A stretch of 64,000 nt of DNA, from the NCBI GenBank assembly GCA_951406725.2, contig OX597818.1, forward strand, positions 63,240,001 to 63,304,000, read 5' to 3'. Both the position numbers and the translations under genes were made by a program. Every line of letters begins with the position of its first letter. The first letter of the stretch is position 1. Under the pieces are notes generated by a model. That model was not told the DNA's origin. It searched no databases and saw only the letters and a list, made by a program, of their open reading frames with translations. This DNA is from Octopus vulgaris (lineage: Eukaryota). Shown here piece after piece: positions 55,352-64,000 of the stretch.

Positions 55352-55385
<34 letters not shown>

Positions 55386-55742
55386 TGAGAAAGTTGGTGT
55401 GCGAAAGCACGTGGTTGAATTTATAGAAAATTTTATAACATTCTTCTGACATAATGACTCAAATATATTCTTTAACCTTTTAAAACAAGCCTTCTGTTTT
55501 TTTTTCACTTTTTACTATTTTCTATATATATATATATAGGGTTAATATAAATGCCAGACGCCATGATAGATCGTTAGCCACAACACGCATTTTTTTCACT
55601 CTTTGTTTTTTTCTGTGTACCTTTCTTTAGAAGAGCGAAGGCTCGGAACGTAACATACTTTTTTTCTATTCCTGAGCGTATACTTATACATTTGATTGTT
55701 TTGTATCCACCTGTCTTCGTCTTTTGTGTCTTTCGTAAAATC

Positions 55743-55793
<51 letters not shown>

Positions 55794-56915
55794 ACGCATA
55801 TATAAATATTTATTGTGATGTACCCCTTCGTTTGCCTGATTCCGCCTGCAGTTGCTCTCGTATCTGCCCAAATTCGCTTTTGATTCAGCCTCCTGAATAG
55901 CAGCTGTTACCTGAACATAATTCAAAAAGTGAATCCTCGTGACACAGTTTGGAAGTTTTTCAATCAAGTTTCTTGTCATGATTCCGGTAAAGTCACGTGT
56001 CAAATATGCCGTGCTTTATCATTTTTTGCTGTTTCGCGTACGTGAAATCATCCTTTAGTTTTCATTTCTAAAAATCAGTAAGTGTATTATTTTGAAAGAC
56101 ATTTTATTTTGAAAGAAATTTTAAAAAGAATTTATCAAGTAATGATAAGGAATCACCCCCGCCTCAATTTATTGAATGGGTTATCCTTTGAATATATGTC
56201 GGTAATGAGCTGGGAAATCCTACTTTTCCTGCCTTTTCTCATTTTTACAGAGAGCAATCTGTCAAGATTAGCATGAGTCGAGAAATACATCTGGGACCAG
56301 GAGACTGGAGATTTCTATCGTTGTCCCTTTGTTTCAATTGCTATAATTTCACCTAAATGTTCTTAGACACCCATGTAGATCTACGAAGACTTCTCCGACG
56401 TTTTACTCGGGAAGGAAAGAGAAATACTTGCCACATTTCTCATTACAGATTTGTTGCCACAGAATTATAAAACGTTGATGCCCTCCATTCACCTTCCGTC
56501 CCCCGTGTCAAACTATGAAGGCACCGTTAATTAATGAGAAGAGACAATTTTCGAAACACATTTCACAAGATGAAATACGGAGTAACCTAGATGTAACCAA
56601 TGTTGTTTGACAAATGCTGACTGAAGATTCAGCTACTGACAACCTGCAACAAGATTGGTTTCCGTTGCAGATCTGAAGAAGAGACTCGAGATAAATGTTG
56701 TTCTGTACAGACTTACTATCAGCTTGGTCCCAATCGAGCTTGTACGTGTAGCATTGAAATGTACACAGCTGTAGGACTGCGGATGGAATTAAATAACTTT
56801 GTGAAGTTATTTAGGTGAATGTAGCTTCTAAATCTTCCGGTACATTCGTATGAGTAAAATGCTGATAATTGAAAGTTTGTAAACACGACTCGTATCCCCT
56901 ATGTATGTGTAGGTA

Positions 56916-57126
<211 letters not shown>

Positions 57127-58946
57127 GGGTATATGTCATATGTCTTTATGCATGTGTCTGTGTGCGTGTTTGTGTGTATGTGTATATGTGTTTGCCACAT
57201 TCAGTCAACCAGCAGCAACGAGGTTTTTATGATACTTTCTTATAATTCTCGCTATGCTAATTCTTCTATTTCTACCTTTATTTCTCTTCAAATATTTCTG
57301 AATATTCATTTTCATTTTTTTTCTTTTTTTCATTTTTCTAATCCATCATTTCATTTTGCAGCTTCAGCTAATTTGGTTCCTTCATCATATTTGCCTCCTT
57401 CTGATAATTTTAAACTTTTTTCTTATTTTCATTCTCATACCTATCTGCATCTACCAAAATATATTTGCTTCAATTTAATGTAAATCTAAAGCTTCTTTCA
57501 AGATAGATGGATATTTTTTCGCAATAATATAGCAACACGTCCGTTTATATTTCACATGAAAGTTACATTTAAATCACACCTACGCAACTATCAAGTCACA
57601 CTATCAACACGTCGAGCAAAGCAAGTCATAAATTTACGATAAAAATGCACCAACAACACAGAAAGCATCGCCTGCGCTTTCAAATTTATTTCTAAATAAA
57701 AATCAGTTTATACTCAGAGATGGAATGACATTTATGTGGTTATTTCACAATATTTAAGTAAAATTATACAGAGCAACCATGACTGCAGAAACACAGAGAC
57801 ACACGCACGTACACACACATACATATTCACATTCTGACACGCACACACAGATGCACACACAGGCACATACAATCCCTCACACACACACACAATGGGGGTA
57901 CAAGATACATTTATCGACACGTAATTATTAACCTATTCGAACCAATTAAATGGTTTTGTTTCTCATAGAAATCTCGTAAAAGAGGAAGTTGTAATACCAT
58001 ATAGAAACTTCATGCATTCATAGTTGGCATATGTAGGGAAAGCAGCGTTTTAGACATTACCAATATGTTTTATACAAGGAAGAACTTGGAATACTACTGC
58101 CGGGAAATTTATCTGTATCGAAGAGAAATCATGCTAAACATTCGGGTACTATAAGTGCACCGCAATTCAGTCAAGTGCTTCAAAACATAATCGAAGGTTC
58201 ATGACAGCAAACCTCAAAGAACTTGAGGTTTGGGAGTAGAGTATCAAAATTGTCGTAGATCAGAACCTCCGTTGCATGTCATATGTACTGAGAAGACGCC
58301 AATTCGTGAATGAAAAAACAGGAAAATCTGTTTTGTTAGAGTCCAGTGGTTTCTTAAAATTTTTTGGTTGTACTCTGATGAAAGAAGTTACGGCCACACG
58401 AAAATATTAATATAAGAAACGACAGATGTATATGTCTAATCCTTCAGATGTACACAATTCTCAAACATATCCATCTCTACACGTACACAAGCACACACAC
58501 ATAGCTGATAGGAAATTTCACACGTAAGCACTTACAAACACACCTGAGCAAGCATGCATATTCTAAGCGTCGGGCTGATATCACCTGCCCTCACGTGCAA
58601 GTAACTCCGAGCACACATAGCAGATACGCATGCGTATCTATGTATCCATTCAAAACGGGAATACACACACACCTACACACCCTCGCCGCCGGCAAACGAT
58701 ATATTTTCAGTTCGTTTGAATACTGTTCAGTCAGCAAGGCGCCACTATCTTCAGACCAAAGTTTGTATTTTGAAGGATGTGATGTCACTGAGATTTCATT
58801 AAATTTCCAACACCATGGGACAGGTGTGGACCAATTGCAACTCACTTTCCATGTGCCACCCAGGATTCCATACAACTCTCGTCCGTTTGAGCAGCTGGCA
58901 GGTTCCAGCAACAAGCCTTGGAAAATACAAGCCGCATAGGGTCGAA

Positions 58947-59650
<704 letters not shown>

Positions 59651-60570
59651 CGTAGAAGAAAGAAAGAATATATGTATACAGTGATTTGTATATACATACA
59701 CACGCACATATGTATATACATACATACATATGCATACACAGACACACACACACACATATATATATATATATTTATGTACATGCACATATAAATACACACA
59801 TATATAAATTCTCAGTGCAGTTTCAAATGCATATATATATATGTGCATCTGTATTGTATGCTGCAAAAACGAGTATGTGTCTACTTTCATAAGTAACAGG
59901 TGCACAACCTATTAGCGCAGGTATGATCTTCAGAAATATTTTACTGCTAGACACATGTACTCTAACTTGTTCCTTTTCGAATTGATTTCAACCCATTAGT
60001 TTTCATTTTTCTTTGCTTATTGCGATAGAAATAATACATATTTTATAGTGTAGTATACGATGGAGAAATTGAAATAACATGCATGAAGAGAATTCCATTC
60101 ATTTTCATACAGGAATTACCGGTCGAAAATTTTTTGTGCAATCATTTATCATGTTGCATTGAATTGCTATATTCAAAATGAATATCAGTCGTAAATGTCG
60201 GAAGGCTAGTGAAGCGAGTAATAGTTTCCAGCAAAGTGAAGAGCTGAAAGTGCATACATAATTGCCGATATACCGTGAATTTCCTGCTGGCCTAACCAGG
60301 TGAGAACCTGTCTAGTACTGAAATTTGAGATATAATATATACAATCAGAGACACAGAAGTTTGCTAATATATGTAAATGCAAAGGAGCTTGCTTACAAGC
60401 ACACATACATCAGCGTATATGTAATACACAGAACACGAATCACACTCGAGCACTGATTTGAATACAAAATTGTGTGCGTATATGAGCGTACGTGCGTGTA
60501 TATCAACTTGTATGTGTATATCTGCTAAATGTGAATATCTCCCTATTAGTAAATAGATAGATTGATATAT

Positions 60571-60628
60571 TAAGTTAGACATGGCCTGGGCCAATACTGG
60601 CCAAAACCTTTCTAAGTTATTCTAAGTC
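60571..60628 (+). mobile_element. Extreme 3'-end copy of the 50.5-kb LINE family
   Basis: aagttagacatggcctgggccaatactggccaaaacc matches the reverse complement of 50559-50596. Confidence 0.8.
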
Positions 60629-60658
60629 ATATATATATATTTATATATATATATATAT

Positions 60659-60763
<105 letters not shown>

Positions 60764-60795
60764 TACATATATACATAGATAGATGGACAGATATA

Positions 60796-61002
60796 TGATG
60801 CAGCACGGAATTTTGTCAGTGAACAGGTCGCGATCTCAAAGCGACGAAAATATTTTGGCAGATTAAATTTAAATGTTGAAGTGAATCCAACGGCTTTTCC
60901 TGTGTTTTAAATGGCTTATAAACACCTTCCGCGCTGCAATTCTGTTCATTCCAGCACACGATCTCAGATCATGTCACTTGCTATGCAAGAACATCTCCGT
61001 AA
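60796..61002 (+). mobile_element. PLE-pLTR-like repeat (family of 9316-9613)
   Basis: Aligns directly with 9471-9613 and as reverse complement with 9316-9470. Confidence 0.85.
60812..60862 (+). ncRNA. Minimal type I hammerhead with compensatory G3-C8 core
   Basis: TTTGTCA-GTGAACA-G-GTCGC gatctcaaa GCGAC-GAAA-ATAT-TT-TGGCAGA: 7-bp stem I, 5-bp stem II and a palindromic stem III. Confidence 0.7.
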
Positions 61003-61019
61003 TGCTTAAATATATTTCT

Positions 61020-61800
61020 GCTAGAATTGCTCCAGACGATGTCGAAATTAATAGAAGCACCGCATATACTAGTCATTGTTTGGGCACCAAAGACCATTGG
61101 AGTAAATAATTTTTGGGGGCAAGAATATATTCGTGTGTAAGTAGTTTATGTAGAGTTTGCAAACGTTCGTCCAGGACCTGGTTAAACGCTGAGTTGCTTC
61201 AATACTTCAAATATTTCATGTTAGTGTTGTGAAACAACTGCGCAGAACAGTATTGAAGAGAAGTTGGGCAAATGCACGAAAAGGGTGATAATATGATAAT
61301 AGTAGAAACATGTCTACACTGGAAGGACTTGAGTATCCAGAAACAAACCTTGCAGGATATACGAACTTAAGTAACTCCGGCTGAATTTATTGTCAACATT
61401 TACGCCGAGGTACCTAACTGTGCTTGATGCAGCCAGAGAATAATACACGGAAATTTTATTCAATTTTGCTCTCATTTAGCTGCAGAGTATGTTTCGCTGA
61501 TTCAGTTGGGAATTTCTTAAAATATTCCCTGACATCGATTGCTTATCCGTTTTCTAAACTCGGAGAGATTTGAATGGGATAGGTAATTATCAGCATTATA
61601 GATAGTCTCTATTGATTTTCTCCAGAGAGTAGCTAAAAGAAATGCGAGTTTACGTCAATTCACCTTCAGGAATCTTGTGAAAAACTATGGAGATCGCAGC
61701 TGAGCTTTTTGCACATTTATTAATAGCTGCTAGGATATCCGAAGCATCAAATATTTCGGATAGGGTAGGCTCTGCTTTACAGATTACCTATGCTGGAATC
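61020..61800 (-). mobile_element. Old, internally deleted relative of the CR1-group LINE
   Basis: The reverse complement translates to DILAAINK..SAA, LATLWRKS, LAASSTVRYLGVNVDN and FWILKSFQCRHVSTIIIL, collinear with the 50625-52421 ORF. Confidence 0.78.
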
Positions 61801-61825
61801 GCAAAACATAGAGCAATATAGCCTC

Positions 61826-62240
61826 CGCACTCCGTGCTTTAGCTTCGTTACTATGGCAACAGTCCAGATAATTATTGATCAGACCGCGTATTGTTCAAAG
61901 TTTAAGACATTGTTTACGTACTGGCTGAAACAAAATGAAGATGTCGATTTGAAGCCAGATGCTGTCAAATTGTGGTTGGATGCTTTCAATAAGCAAACAC
62001 ATAGGGGACACCGTGCCGGACTGTTGCCATAATAACGAAACTAAAGCATACAGAATGAAGCCACTTGGCAAAGATTGACCTCGATGTCAGCTGTGCATGC
62101 GTAGCACGAAATTTCTCTTCATGCTCAATGCGAAGATCACACGTTAAACACCTTCCTTACAGAAGTGAGCTAGTGAGTTAGAACGTGCTTTAGCTTCGTT
62201 ACTATAGCAACAGACTGGATACTTATGATCAGGCCACGTA
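61826..62240. mobile_element. Mariner-derived MITE (62016-62240) and a solo TIR (61826-61890); same TIR family as 6721-7288
   Basis: gtgctttagcttcgttactat(g/a)gcaacag..gata(c/a)ttat(t)gatcag..cgta occurs twice, and its inverse ggactgttgccataataacgaaactaaagca is at 62018. Confidence 0.8.
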
Positions 62241-62938
62241 AGTTATAAATATCGTGTGATATTTATTCGAACTTGATTAACCAATTATTTTCCAAAGGAT
62301 ATTGTGGATGATAATGTATGTGTAGTTTATGAAGCAGGCTACATTGTTGCAGTAAAATCTTTTACTAATCATCTTGTAAAATTTATGCTTGATGTGAAAT
62401 TATCAGAAATGAAATTAATAACTTCTCAGGTGTATGTACTTTTTAAACTGTAATCTGGATTACACCGCACGGTATATTTTATGTCAATTATGAGGAATTT
62501 TAATGATGTTAATTTGAAAAGAAAGCGACAGCTCCACGAAGCCATAGTTTATTAATGAAACAAACAGAGTAACCTGCCTACCATTATACAATAATACTGA
62601 ATCATAAACCAGAAAAGAACTTTAATTACACAACCGGTGGGTAATTATTTCTTATTTATTCTCATTTATAAATAAGCGTATAGAAATATTTCAAAAACTA
62701 AAAATCATTTATATTATACACAAGCAATGTTAATACTTAAACGTATAACACTGAAAATAATTTCCTGTCTTAGCTCAATTTTTCTAATATACACGTTTAA
62801 GAAAACTTTCTATTATAAAACTTTCCCTCCAAGGCAGAAAACATAAAAGAAACTATCGAAATTTATTGATATAAGTTTGGTATTTATAGCCTCTTCTCTC
62901 TCTCTCTCTCTCTCACTTTCTTTCTCACTCCCTCAAAC

Positions 62939-62999
<61 letters not shown>

Positions 63000-63342
63000 T
63001 ACATATATATATATATACAGATATATTAGATATTACTTTATCAGTACACTCAACTATATTTAGCTTTACTGGAAAGTATTAAAATTTCTTTTAATGTATC
63101 TTCCATTCACACAAATATTATTCTACCAAGAATAAATTGTAATCATGTTGCTTTCTGACCATGGGGTAGTGACAAGTTTCAAAAGGACTCTGTTTGTTAT
63201 AACGCTACATTAATTACTAATCGTTTCAGTTGAGTATCCCTAGTGAAAATTCAAGTGTGTAAATATTTTTGATTATTATTGTATCATAGAGTCCAGTTTA
63301 TTGTTTAAATGTAATAAAAACACCACAAAATACTATTATAAG

Positions 63343-63781
63343 ACAGGCAAGGTTTGTCAAGCGAATGTTTAAAAAAAGATGGGTGAATGTAGCAAGGATG
63401 GCACGTATGAATGACGAAGCCACCTTGAGCATAATCGTATGAACCCGGAAAATTTAAAACAGAGGGTTACCTAATTGCAAACAAATGTGGTAACATGTAA
63501 CAATATTGACCGAGGTTACCGTGGTCTTTTCTGTAGGCTTTTCCTCCCACGGATAAACCTTATCTGCTTCTCTTTTTACACTTTACATCATGACACTGCG
63601 ATACACGATCCCTATTGATCGTTTTTTTCTTTTGTTTCTTATCCTTTTTTTCTTTTTTGTCTTTTACAATCCTTTTTGATCGAAAACCTACCCCACCTTT
63701 TTTTTTCTTTCTCCGAAAATAAAAGCTCTACTTTGTAATCTTTCTCATCTGTGTGCAGCCCTGTGTGACTAATAAAGAAAC
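63343..63781 (+). mobile_element. 3' fragment of an L1/Tx1-like LINE
   Basis: RQGLSSECF-KKRWVNVARMARMNDEATLSIIV* fits the Tx1 C-terminal F-x3-W pattern. A T-rich UTR follows, ending agccctgtgtgactaataaagaaa. Confidence 0.55.
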
Positions 63782-64000
63782 ACATTTTAAAGGAGATTCT
63801 CTTTCACTTCTTTTCACAAATGACGGATTGTGCAAGACTTTAACAAATGTAAAGCTTAGGTTTACTTCATCATTAAGTATCTTTCTTAGTCTCTGATTTC
63901 ATGGACCCACTGAACATAAGTTTTATTGCCATTTCTAATCAGTATTTCGTCTCATGCAGCATGCATTCAATAACACTCAATTAAAATCTTATTCCGGATT

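Noticed and set aside
58595-58939. GC-richer stretch with a possible splice acceptor (ttttcag at ~58710) and ORFs on both strands
   Set aside because: No recognisable protein motif or convincing donor site, so a host exon cannot be supported.

Overview
AT-rich, microsatellite-dense animal DNA, most likely intergenic or intronic. Its SINE, LINE and mariner repertoire resembles octopus sequence (inferred from recognition, not tested). No intact host gene is supported, and most ORF-track entries are translations of (TA)n, (ATCT)n, (GAT)n or (AAT)n. Identifiable parts: a near-full-length frameshifted CR1-group LINE with two CCCH fingers in ORF1 (50542-54420, -); Penelope-like (PLE) GIY-YIG fragments; R4/Dong-like, RTE and Tx1-like LINE fragments; decayed Tc1/mariner elements; a non-autonomous Helitron; many tRNA-derived SINEs; foldback MITEs; a probable DEAD-box pseudogene remnant. 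The main signal is a set of hammerhead ribozyme (HHR) elements. A young non-coding ~481-bp tandem-plus-inverted array (37542-39208) carries three intact type I HHRs (retrozyme-like), and one array end lies 4 nt from the predicted cleavage site. A second family, in two copies, has a compensatory G3-C8 core (GUGAACA). There is also a tRNA-headed element ending in a decayed HHR, and several other decayed minimal HHRs. All folds and alignments were done by eye.
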